Shown: one piece after another, positions 47,997 through 57,007 of the stretch
Layout of the letters: each line of letters starts with the position of its first letter
Position numbering within the stretch: position 1 is the stretch's first letter
Notes under the pieces: model-generated
Told to the model about the DNA's origin: nothing
Databases searched by the model: none
What the model saw: only the letters and a program-made list of their open reading frames with translations
Virus record (IMG/VR): IMGVR_UViG_3300042691_055965
Span: 1 to 64,000 of that record
DNA length: 64,000 nt
Reading direction: 5' to 3' (one strand)
Made by a program: the position numbers and the translations under genes

Positions 47997-50045
47997 TTAT
48001 TGTGTTTTTATTTTTCTTTTTGTTGGTTTTTTTATTTTAATATCTGTTTTATCTTCTTTTTGATTGTATGATAAAATAAACTTGGAATTTTTTTCTGGGT
48101 TATCAGAAAGGATTTTATCTGTTATATAATCGTCAACCCATTTCTGAACCGTTCTTTTTAAAATCCTTGCTCCAAACCTTGTATCAGTTCCAATTGAAAT
48201 AATATGTTTTTTCAAGGTATCGTCAACCTCAACATCAAATTCAATTTTTCTAACTCTTTCATATACTTTTTCCAATTCCAAATCAATAATTTCCATCAAG
48301 TTATCTTCATCCAAATCTTTGAAATAAACAATATCATCAAATCTATTTATAAATTCTGGAACAAATCTTTTGAAAAGTTCTTTTTCCAACACTGATTTTA
48401 TTTCTTCTTCTTTTTGTTCAATTTTTGTTGCCGTCGAAAATCCTACACCTGTTCCAAATTGTTGAACGGCTCTTGTTCCAACATTTGATGTCATCAATAT
48501 AATACAATTTTTGAAATTGATTTTTCTTCCATGTCCATCGGTTAAAAATCCTTCATCGAGCATTTGCAAAAACACATTGAAGATTTCAGGGTGGGCTTTT
48601 TCAATTTCATCAAGTAAAATAACAGAATATGGTTTGTTTTTAATTTTATTCAAAAAAGGAGAACCATCATCATATCCAACATAACCTGGCGATGTTCCTG
48701 TTAATTTTGATGTTGATATTTTATCTGAAAATTCGCTCATGTCAAGTCTGATAAGAGCATCTTCTGAATTGAACATATGTTTTGCAAGTTGTTTTGCAAG
48801 TTCCGTTTTTCCAACACCGGAATTACCAATTAAAAGTCCACTGAATATCGGTCTTTTTGGATCGTTCAAACCAACTTTATTTCTTTGGATAGCTCTTGCA
48901 ATTTTTGCAATTGCATCATCTTGTCCAATAACCTTTTTATTAAGTGTGTCCTTTAATGTTTTAAGTTGTTCTGATTCATCAGTTGTGATTTTATTGATTG
49001 GAATTTTTGTCATAAGTGACACAACATCATAAACAATATCTTCTGTTACTTCTCTTTTGAAAAGGTTTCTATTTTTTTCAAATTCATCTTTTTCCTTTTC
49101 AAGCTCAAGAAGTATTTTTCTTTCTTTATCTCTTAAATTTGCTGCTTCTTCGTACTTTTGACTATTAATAACTCGAATTTTTTCCTTTTTAATGTCTTCT
49201 GCCTTTTTTTTCAAATCTTCGATAATTTCAGGTAATTTGATTTCAACTTGCGACCTGGCACCAACCTCATCGATTATATCAAACGCCTTGTCAGGAAATT
49301 CTCTATCTGTGATGTAACGATCAGCCAATTCAACACAAAGTTTTAATATGTCATCACTGTACTTTACCTTATGATAATCTTCATACCTTTCTTTTGTATT
49401 ATACAAGATTTCAAGTGTTTCTTCTTTTGTTGACGGATCTACCATTACCTTTTGAAACCTCCTTTCAAGTGCTCCGTCCTTTTCAATGTTTTTTCTATAT
49501 TCTTCAAGTGTTGTTGCTCCAATACATTGTAATTCACCACGGGACAGGGCTGGTTTGAAAATATTTGATGCATCCATTGTACCTGATGCGTTTCCTGCAC
49601 CAATCATTGTATGAATTTCATCGATGAAAATAATAATGTCAGGATTTGCATAAAGTTCTTCCATTATAACTTTCATTCTTTCTTCAAATTGTCCTCTGTA
49701 TTTTGTTCCTGCAACAACAGATGTCATGTCTAATGAAACAATTCTTTTATTTGCCAAATTTTGGGGACAATCACCTTCGAATATTTTCTTTGCAAGTCCT
49801 TCAATAATTGCTGTTTTTCCACAACCAGGTTCACCAAGAACGATTGGGTTGTTCTTTTTTCTTCTTGATAAAATCTGTGCAATTCTATTGATTTCGTTTT
49901 CTCTCCCAACAATCGGGTCTAGTTTTCCTTCTTCTGCTAGTAATATTAAATCTCTTGAAAAATTATCCAAAACGGGGGTTTTTGACGAACCTGTTGATTG
50001 TGATTTGTTTTTGGATTTTTCGTTGCTATCTGCTGAATCAATCAT
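47997..50045 (-). CDS. clpC: ClpC-like double AAA+ ATPase lacking the N-terminal Clp repeat domain
   Basis: Walker A GEPGCGKT and GNSGVGKT; Walker B IFIDEIH and ILLDEIEKAHP; UVR motif YEEAANLRD; GVGF ClpP-docking loop. Confidence 0.9.
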   Translation of the reverse strand: MIDSADSNEKSKNKSQSTGSSKTPVLDNFSRDLILLAEEGKLDPIVGRENEINRIAQILSRRKKNNPIVLGEPGCGKTAIIEGLAKKIFEGDCPQNLANKRIVSLDMTSVVAGTKYRGQFEERMKVIMEELYANPDIIIFIDEIHTMIGAGNASGTMDASNIFKPALSRGELQCIGATTLEEYRKNIEKDGALERRFQKVMVDPSTKEETLEILYNTKERYEDYHKVKYSDDILKLCVELADRYITDREFPDKAFDIIDEVGARSQVEIKLPEIIEDLKKKAEDIKKEKIRVINSQKYEEAANLRDKERKILLELEKEKDEFEKNRNLFKREVTEDIVYDVVSLMTKIPINKITTDESEQLKTLKDTLNKKVIGQDDAIAKIARAIQRNKVGLNDPKRPIFSGLLIGNSGVGKTELAKQLAKHMFNSEDALIRLDMSEFSDKISTSKLTGTSPGYVGYDDGSPFLNKIKNKPYSVILLDEIEKAHPEIFNVFLQMLDEGFLTDGHGRKINFKNCIILMTSNVGTRAVQQFGTGVGFSTATKIEQKEEEIKSVLEKELFKRFVPEFINRFDDIVYFKDLDEDNLMEIIDLELEKVYERVRKIEFDVEVDDTLKKHIISIGTDTRFGARILKRTVQKWVDDYITDKILSDNPEKNSKFILSYNQKEDKTDIKIKKPTKRKIKTQ

Positions 50046-50163
50046 ATTTTTTGTTTTTTTAAAATGTAATTAATTTTTATTCTTTTATCAATTCTTATTT
50101 TTTTGAATATCGGAAATGTTTTTTTCTTTATTGTGCATATTTATTTGGTATAAATAAAAATTT

Positions 50164-50706
50164 ATGAAAAGAATTATAAGACTTACAGAATCAGATTTAG
50201 CTCGTATTGTTAGACGAGTAATTAATGAAGATACTGAAACTACTACTATGACACCAGAAACCGTAACAGATATTACTATGAAAGATGATGTTAAACTTCA
50301 AGAGTATGCTAGTGATGCTCGTGAAGGTATTACCGCACCAAATTCACTAACTATTACGGGTAAGGCTGGTTTAAAAAATGGTGTTGGTACTGTTAATTTT
50401 AACATTACTGGTTCAGGACTCCAAGGAATTAGTAAACGACAGTGTAAAAGAACGAGTGAAGGGTTCAGTATGATAGAAAGTGCTTCTGTAACATTTTCAC
50501 AAAAAAGTGACATAAAATATTATGCCTTCAGTAGATTTTTTACTTACGATGAAACTACTAAATCTTATGTAAGTGATAGAGGTGCCAGTTTAAGAAGCAA
50601 TATTACCGACGGTGGGACAACATTTAAAAATGATAAAAAATTAGCCGAACTGACTTTAAAATACTGTAAAGCGGTGTGTGGTGATGATAAAAATAATTGT
50701 AAATAA
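50164..50706 (+). CDS. Hypothetical protein with class-A leader
   Basis: MKRIIRLTESDLARIVRRVINEDTETTTMTP. Confidence 0.75.
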   Translation: MKRIIRLTESDLARIVRRVINEDTETTTMTPETVTDITMKDDVKLQEYASDAREGITAPNSLTITGKAGLKNGVGTVNFNITGSGLQGISKRQCKRTSEGFSMIESASVTFSQKSDIKYYAFSRFFTYDETTKSYVSDRGASLRSNITDGGTTFKNDKKLAELTLKYCKAVCGDDKNNCK

Positions 50707-50712
50707 AAAGTT

Positions 50713-51213
50713 ATGAAAAGAATAATTAGATTAACAGAATCAGATTTGGCTCGTATTGTTAGACGAGTAATTAGTGAAGGAACTGAAACCACTACTATGA
50801 CTCCGGTAAGTTACACTGAATTAGATTACAATGGGAACATATATAGAGCTATGACTTCTGCAGGTTCACAATTGAAATTCAATGTTGCCCCACGTTATAA
50901 AAAAGTTACTGACAATAAAGGAAACACAACAGAAGATACCAACGTAATAGAATTAACAGTATCTGTTGAGGGTGTTTCAGAAACTTCAGGTAGATTAACA
51001 CTTGATTGTAATAGTAAAACCGCAAAAGGTACATGGAGTTCGGGAATTGTATCTAAAGATGAGAACTTTTGTATAAATGCTGGAAATAGAGGAACTAAAT
51101 GTGGAGCAGAAGCGTCTAGTACGCTTCGATCGTCATTCATACCAGCTGCAAAAGCATGGAAAAATCAAGGTATGGTAGCTGAAATGTTAACTAAATATTG
51201 TAAAAAACCATAA
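50713..51213 (+). CDS. Hypothetical protein with near-identical class-A leader
   Basis: MKRIIRLTESDLARIVRRVISEGTETTTMTP; body diverges from the upstream gene. Confidence 0.75.
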   Translation: MKRIIRLTESDLARIVRRVISEGTETTTMTPVSYTELDYNGNIYRAMTSAGSQLKFNVAPRYKKVTDNKGNTTEDTNVIELTVSVEGVSETSGRLTLDCNSKTAKGTWSSGIVSKDENFCINAGNRGTKCGAEASSTLRSSFIPAAKAWKNQGMVAEMLTKYCKKP

Positions 51214-51227
51214 AACTAAATAAAATG

Positions 51228-51257
51228 AAAAAGGACACCAACGGTGTCCTTTTTTTT
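51228..51257. terminator. Bidirectional intrinsic terminator
   Basis: AAAAAGGACACC-AAC-GGTGTCCTTTTTTTT. Confidence 0.85.
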
Positions 51258-51699
51258 AATTATAAACAATTGTACCGTTGGTGGTATTTGTTACAGTACT
51301 GATAAAGTACATTAAATAGTAAGGTTTAGTTTTATCATTCTTGTTTGTGTTCAAGTGAACAGTACTAACAACTGTTTTTCCTGTTGAAGTTTCTTTGTCA
51401 TTCATTGTAAGAACTACCGTACTCCCTTTTTTGGTGAAAGTAAGTATATCTACACTTTCGGCAAGTGTTCCAAAGTGGTATCTTTTTGCAGTTTTATTAT
51501 CCAAGTCAAAAATATATTTGTTTTTACCTACTAAATTTTTATTGACTGCAACATAATTTGTTGAATCAATTACATTGTCATAACCCCTTAACATACCCGT
51601 ATTAAAAAGCGTAAACTCATCAAATTCAATTTCAATTACTTGTGAAAAAGAAATCATGCTGACTACTGACATTACTAAAGACAAAATCAAATTTTTCAT
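51256..51699 (-). CDS. Secreted beta-rich hypothetical protein
   Basis: Signal peptide MKNLILSLVMSVVSMISFSQ. Confidence 0.7.
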   Translation of the reverse strand: MKNLILSLVMSVVSMISFSQVIEIEFDEFTLFNTGMLRGYDNVIDSTNYVAVNKNLVGKNKYIFDLDNKTAKRYHFGTLAESVDILTFTKKGSTVVLTMNDKETSTGKTVVSTVHLNTNKNDKTKPYYLMYFISTVTNTTNGTIVYN

Positions 51700-51732
51700 A
51701 ACTGTTTTTTTTAAGGGTTTATTTATATACTA

Positions 51733-51740
51733 CAAATATA
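51733..51740 (-). promoter_or_regulatory. Bacteroidota -7 element TATATTTG
   Basis: TAnnTTTG upstream of the ATG at 51699. Confidence 0.55.
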
Positions 51741-51814
51741 TATGATTTATTTTGAATGGCAAAATTTTGCATCAAGTATTTTCGAAAAAAATTAAAATTA
51801 AATATACATAAGAC

Positions 51815-52063
51815 ATGGCAGTAAAAAAAACAACCATTGAAGGAGGTAAAATAATTTGTGAAATTGATTCTTCTAATTTAAAAACCACAGAATATGACAC
51901 AGATACAAAAACACTAGTTGTCGAATTCAACAACGGTTCAAAATATGAATATGAAGAATTTCCTCATGATGTTTATGCGAGGTTTAGATTATCTGAATCA
52001 CAAGGAAAATTTTTTAATTCAGAAATATCCAAAAAATACAAATACAAAAAATTAGAACTTTAA
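51815..52063 (+). CDS. KTSC domain protein
   Basis: DSSNL..EYD..TLVVEF.NGS.YEY..P..Y..F..S.S.GKFFN. Confidence 0.85.
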   Translation: MAVKKTTIEGGKIICEIDSSNLKTTEYDTDTKTLVVEFNNGSKYEYEEFPHDVYARFRLSESQGKFFNSEISKKYKYKKLEL

Positions 52064-52085
52064 TTCTAATGAACTATTTATATTT

Positions 52086-52853
52086 ATGGCAAGTACAAAA
52101 AAAATTATAAATAGTTTTTATCTACAAGACGAACTCAATCCTGAAGTTTGGTACAATCCAAAAAAAGATAAAACAGGAAATGTTGAAGATTTGATGCTTA
52201 AACCTGAAATAAGGGAAAGGTTATTAAAAATTGCTGAATTATTTATTGATTACATTGATATTGATATTTTTGTTCACGACATAATATTGGTTGGTTCATT
52301 AGTTGGATACAATTGGAGTGAATTTTCGGATTTTGATTTACACATACTTTATGACTTTAATGATGCTGGTGATAAAAAAGAACTTTATGAAGATTTATTT
52401 AGATTAAAGAAGACGGTTTTTAATGCTGCTCACGACATTTATATAAAAGGTTATGAAGTTGAAGTTTATGTTCAGGATTTGAATGAAAAAAATGAAAGTT
52501 TGGGGGTATACTCAATAATGAATAATGAATGGGTACAAATTCCAAAGAAAGAAGAATTTACTTTAGATAAAAACAAAGTAAAACAAAAAGCAGAACAATG
52601 GATGGATATCATCGATGGTGTTTTAGAAAACGCTGAAGATGAAGAATTGGAAGATGCTGTCAAGTTAGTAAAAAAATATAGAGAAAAATTACGTAAATAT
52701 AGAACTTGTGGATTAAAGAAAGAAGGCGAATTTTCTTATGAAAACCTTGTATTCAAATTTTTAAGAAGAAACGGTTATATTGAAAAACTTGAAAACTTTA
52801 AAAACAAGATTGTTGACAAAAGATTGTCATTAGAACAAGAAAATTTCGAATAA
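52086..52853 (+). CDS. Pol-beta-superfamily nucleotidyltransferase
   Basis: LVGSLVGYNWSEFSDFDLH (GS..DxD) and third acid in VEVYVQD. Confidence 0.8.
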   Translation: MASTKKIINSFYLQDELNPEVWYNPKKDKTGNVEDLMLKPEIRERLLKIAELFIDYIDIDIFVHDIILVGSLVGYNWSEFSDFDLHILYDFNDAGDKKELYEDLFRLKKTVFNAAHDIYIKGYEVEVYVQDLNEKNESLGVYSIMNNEWVQIPKKEEFTLDKNKVKQKAEQWMDIIDGVLENAEDEELEDAVKLVKKYREKLRKYRTCGLKKEGEFSYENLVFKFLRRNGYIEKLENFKNKIVDKRLSLEQENFE

Positions 52854-52928
52854 AAAGTAAATTACCAAACAACAATATATTTATATAAAAAGTTTTTTAA
52901 AATAATTAAACATTAAAAACATTTAACA

Positions 52929-54260
52929 ATGGCGGATTTAAAACCACTAGGTAGTGAAAAATTACAAGGTATGAATAAAATTCAACGTATCCTTGAAATT
53001 GCTCGATATAATGAAACACCTAAACAGGAAGTAAATGAACTTTCTACAACTAACTATACTATCAGACTTGCTGACGGAAACACCTATGGTATTGTGAAAG
53101 AAAGATTAGGATATATAATCAAAAAGGGACTTAACGAAAGTACTTTGGACTATTCTGAACACATGAAACATAGAAAATACTATAGATCATATTCTGAAGC
53201 TATGAAAAAGTTAAATCTTATGGCGGGTGAATTGAACCGTGTTCATGAAAATGATGAAGAAATTCCTTTAATCGGAGAACAAAAATTTGTTCTTAAGACT
53301 AAAAAAAAAAGTAAACCCGTAACTGAACCTACCCCTGAACCGGCAGCACCACCTGCACCCGCCGCTCCTGCACCCGCTCCGCCAGCAGATGCAATGTCAG
53401 CACCCGCAGATATGGATACAGGTGAACCTCCTATGGGTGACCAAAACATGGATACAGGCGAACCACCTATGGGGTCTGAAGATATGGATATGGGTGCACC
53501 ACCTATGGGATCTGAAGACACGGGATCAGAACAACCACCAATGGGTGATGAAGATATGGGTTCTGAAGAACCACCAATTGGTGACGAGGATATGGGAGCA
53601 CCTCAAATGGGTGGTGAAGAAAGTGGTGAACCATCAGCATTAAAATCTATACAAAGACTTACAGGTAAACTCGGACAAAAAATCAGAGCTTACGATAAAG
53701 AAAAAGGTATGGATTCGCAAGATATTAAGTATGTTGTTAATTCTATTTTATCAGCAATTGATTTAGAAAATCTAGATGAAGACGATAAAGATGATATTTT
53801 ATCAAAATTTGAAGAAGAAGATGAATATGGTGTTGAAGGACCAGGTGAACTTGATTTAGGTGGTGAAGATGAATTTGATATGGGTGGTGAGCCTGATATG
53901 GGTTCAGAGGAACCAACATTAGCAGAACCAAAAGAAATGTATGGTAATGTAATGGATTCAATTTATACAGAATCAAGAGTAGAAAAAGTCCTATCAAAAT
54001 ATTTTGACATCAAACCAACCGAAAAAACACTTCTTGAAGAAAAAAGAAAGAAACAATTTTTAAATGAAAAATTAAATAAGTTGGAAACCAAAAAAGAAAT
54101 TGTAAGATTAAGTGAAACAAGACAACAAAAAGTTGCAGCAGAAAGACTTATTGAAGATTTTTCAGAAGCAAAATTTATTGGAATTACGAACAAGAAAAAT
54201 TTAATCTTTTCAATTGATGGGACACAAGTTAAAATTTCACCAAACGGAACACTTATATGA
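52929..54260 (+). CDS. Putative head-morphogenesis protein with Pro/Met/acidic low-complexity linker
   Basis: 443 aa; sits in the late block upstream of terminase. Confidence 0.75.
   Translation: MADLKPLGSEKLQGMNKIQRILEIARYNETPKQEVNELSTTNYTIRLADGNTYGIVKERLGYIIKKGLNESTLDYSEHMKHRKYYRSYSEAMKKLNLMAGELNRVHENDEEIPLIGEQKFVLKTKKKSKPVTEPTPEPAAPPAPAAPAPAPPADAMSAPADMDTGEPPMGDQNMDTGEPPMGSEDMDMGAPPMGSEDTGSEQPPMGDEDMGSEEPPIGDEDMGAPQMGGEESGEPSALKSIQRLTGKLGQKIRAYDKEKGMDSQDIKYVVNSILSAIDLENLDEDDKDDILSKFEEEDEYGVEGPGELDLGGEDEFDMGGEPDMGSEEPTLAEPKEMYGNVMDSIYTESRVEKVLSKYFDIKPTEKTLLEEKRKKQFLNEKLNKLETKKEIVRLSETRQQKVAAERLIEDFSEAKFIGITNKKNLIFSIDGTQVKISPNGTLI
53412..53625 (+). repeat. Degenerate ~12-aa coding repeat (MDTGEPPMG[DS]ED-like), about 6 copies
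   Basis: Seen directly in the translation. Confidence 0.75.
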
Positions 54261-54676
54261 AGTTGATTTATATTAATGAATTAGGTCCGAACTATAAAGG
54301 TGATAATATATATGAATTCATCTTTTCTGACTTGGACGATGTGTGGGGTGAAGATTGGGATTCGGAACCAGCATCAGGAAAACCACAACCACCTGAAATT
54401 CAGTTTATTAAAAGAGTTGGAACTTTGAAAAATTCGTTGATTGAATTAAATCTTATACAAAATTCCGATTTCTTTGGTGTGTATGATTCAGTTGATGGTG
54501 TAATTGCTCTTGGATGGGAAAGGTCTGATAGTGACGAAATATTAATAAAAAAGAAAAAAAGATTGGTTTTCAATTTTGGTGAAACAGAAAAGGAAATCGA
54601 AAACAAATTATATGAACGAGATATCGTATTAAAATGGGAAAAAACTTTAGTGCAAGATGAAACATATGAATCCTAA
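54257..54676 (+). CDS. Hypothetical protein
   Basis: 139 aa; overlaps both neighbours. Confidence 0.75.
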   Translation: MKLIYINELGPNYKGDNIYEFIFSDLDDVWGEDWDSEPASGKPQPPEIQFIKRVGTLKNSLIELNLIQNSDFFGVYDSVDGVIALGWERSDSDEILIKKKKRLVFNFGETEKEIENKLYERDIVLKWEKTLVQDETYES

Positions 54677-55187
54677 ATTGGCTAAACTTCTTTATGAAGG
54701 ATTTTCAATTAGTACCTTGGAAAAATTGGATGGGAAACAATTAAATGCTTTGTATAAAAAAATTGTTGAACAATCAACAGGTGTTCTGAATATATCTAAA
54801 TCAGATACTGCGGCGATTGCCAATGCTAAATCAAAAAAAACACCATTTGTTACATACGAAGAAGAAATGGAAGAAGGTGAAATGACAGAAAAGGCGGTTT
54901 CTAAACAACAACAAAAAATAATGGGTTTAGCTTTATCAGTCAAAAGAGGGGATACACCTAAATCTAAAGTTTCAAAAAAAGTTAAAGACATGGCAAAAAA
55001 AATGTCTGAAAAAGATTTAGAAGATTTCGCATCAACAAAACATAAAGGACTTCCAAAAACTAAAGAAACAGAATCAAAAGAAGAAGTTAAAAAGTTGGAA
55101 GAAAGTATTCTTAACATTTTGGAAAAACATTTACCACCACATACAACAAAGGGTGAATTAATCAATATGATTAAAAGAAAAATCTAA
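54657..55187 (+). CDS. Protein containing a DUF3008-like domain
   Basis: AVSKQQQKIMGLALSVKRG..MSEKDLEDFASTKHKGLP. Confidence 0.7.
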   Translation: MKHMNPKLAKLLYEGFSISTLEKLDGKQLNALYKKIVEQSTGVLNISKSDTAAIANAKSKKTPFVTYEEEMEEGEMTEKAVSKQQQKIMGLALSVKRGDTPKSKVSKKVKDMAKKMSEKDLEDFASTKHKGLPKTKETESKEEVKKLEESILNILEKHLPPHTTKGELINMIKRKI

Positions 55188-55191
55188 ATGA

Positions 55192-56967
55192 ATGGCGTTA
55201 TCAAAAGAACAAGCACTATTAGAATATGCAAAATGTGTAAAGGACACACCCTACGCACTTAAAACATATTTGCAAACTTACGATAACACACAATCAAAAT
55301 ATGTTCCGTTAGAACTGTTTAATGATCAAGTAACACTTGTAAAAGATTACGATGAATGTGAAGAAAACATCGCACTTAAATATCGACAAGCAGGTGTATC
55401 AACAGTAACATCTGCATGGGCTTCCAAAAGACTTGTTTTTGCAAGAAAGGAAAAACCTGAAAAAATTCTTATAATCGCTAACAAATTGGACACGGCAGTC
55501 GAAATGGCAAACAAAGTTCGTGCGTTTGTTGATCAGTGGCCGAAATGGATGGGTGTAACATTTTCAAATGAAAAAAATTCACAAAGACACTTTAAATTAA
55601 CTAATGGGTGTGAAGTGAAGGCGGTTGCAACATCAAAAGATGCACTTCGTGGTTATACACCAACGATACTAATATTTGACGAAGCGGCGTACATTGATGC
55701 CGATGAAGATTTTTGGTCTGCGTGTATGGCGTCTTTATCAACAGGGGGTAAAGTTATTGTAATTTCAACACCAAACGGATTCGACCCAATTTACTACTCT
55801 ATATACAGTCAAGCAATCAAAGGAATGAATGACTTTAGAATAACAGAAATGTATTGGTATCGTGATCCACGATATTCAAAAGATTTAAAACTTATAAAAT
55901 GTGATGACATTGTTCACTATATGCTGAATAGAAGTGATTATAATGATAATGAAATCACATTAGACTATAGTCAAATAAAAGTTAGTGACAGAAATTTTCC
56001 TGAAATAAAAGAAAAAATTGAAAATGGTTATAAGGCATATAGTTCTTGGTTCGAGGCTATGGCTAAAAAACTTAAATTCGATAAGAGAAAAATTTCACAG
56101 GAATTAGAATGTAACTTTTTAGGTTCAGGGGATAATGTAATCCCACCTGAAACTATGAAAAAAATAAAAGAAAACCATATCAAAGAACCTGAAAATAAAT
56201 TTATGGGTGGTGCTCTTTGGCAATGGAAAGAACCAATTGCAGGACACCGATATATTATGGGTGTTGATGTATCAAGAGGTGATAGTGAAGATTTTAGTAC
56301 AATATCAGTGATTGATTTTGACAATAGGGAACAAGTATTAGAATACATGGGAAAAATTCCACCTGATGTACTTGCAGAAATCGCATATAAATGGGGAACT
56401 ATGTATAACGCCTTTATTGTTACCGATATAACGGGGGGTATGGGTGTTTCTACATCAAGAAAACTACAAGAACTAGGATATAGAAATTTATATGTTGATG
56501 GAGTAAATCCAGCAGATAAATGGAAGTGGAACCCTAAGGCACAAGATAAAATACCGGGAATTAATTTTAATGCAAAAAGAGTTTTAATTATACAAGCGTT
56601 TGAAGAAGCGTTAAGATATGACTTTTCTTTAAAATCACAAAGATTATTTAATGAACTAAATACGTTTGTATATGTGAATGGTAGACCTGATCACCAAAAA
56701 GGACAACATGATGACTTAATTATGTCTTTTGCAATGGCGATATATGTTGCTGAAACTTCTTTTGCACAATTGGAAAAAGCAACAGAACAAACTAAGGCAA
56801 TGATTGAATCTTGGCAAGTTGAATCAAAGGTTCATGCCGATCCAACAAGAAGTTTTAATCCAGGTATACCTGTTGATGTTTATGGTATGAACAATTTCCC
56901 AAAAAGTGGACCGACTAAAAGTGACTATGAAAACTATTTATGGTTATTCGGTAAAGGAAGGGTTTAG
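55192..56967 (+). CDS. terL: Terminase large subunit (T4 gp17-like)
   Basis: KYRQAGVST Walker A, ILIFDEAA Walker B, VISTPNG, nuclease GVDVSRG and HDDLIM. Confidence 0.95.
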   Translation: MALSKEQALLEYAKCVKDTPYALKTYLQTYDNTQSKYVPLELFNDQVTLVKDYDECEENIALKYRQAGVSTVTSAWASKRLVFARKEKPEKILIIANKLDTAVEMANKVRAFVDQWPKWMGVTFSNEKNSQRHFKLTNGCEVKAVATSKDALRGYTPTILIFDEAAYIDADEDFWSACMASLSTGGKVIVISTPNGFDPIYYSIYSQAIKGMNDFRITEMYWYRDPRYSKDLKLIKCDDIVHYMLNRSDYNDNEITLDYSQIKVSDRNFPEIKEKIENGYKAYSSWFEAMAKKLKFDKRKISQELECNFLGSGDNVIPPETMKKIKENHIKEPENKFMGGALWQWKEPIAGHRYIMGVDVSRGDSEDFSTISVIDFDNREQVLEYMGKIPPDVLAEIAYKWGTMYNAFIVTDITGGMGVSTSRKLQELGYRNLYVDGVNPADKWKWNPKAQDKIPGINFNAKRVLIIQAFEEALRYDFSLKSQRLFNELNTFVYVNGRPDHQKGQHDDLIMSFAMAIYVAETSFAQLEKATEQTKAMIESWQVESKVHADPTRSFNPGIPVDVYGMNNFPKSGPTKSDYENYLWLFGKGRV

Positions 56968-57007
56968 TTTATAGGTAAACCTATTTAATTTTTTAAAAAA
57001 GAAAATA

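Noticed and set aside
50149-50156. Canonical T4 late promoter TATAAATA on the sense strand
   Set aside because: An isolated case next to a TATTTAT copy; not the recurrent sense-strand motif
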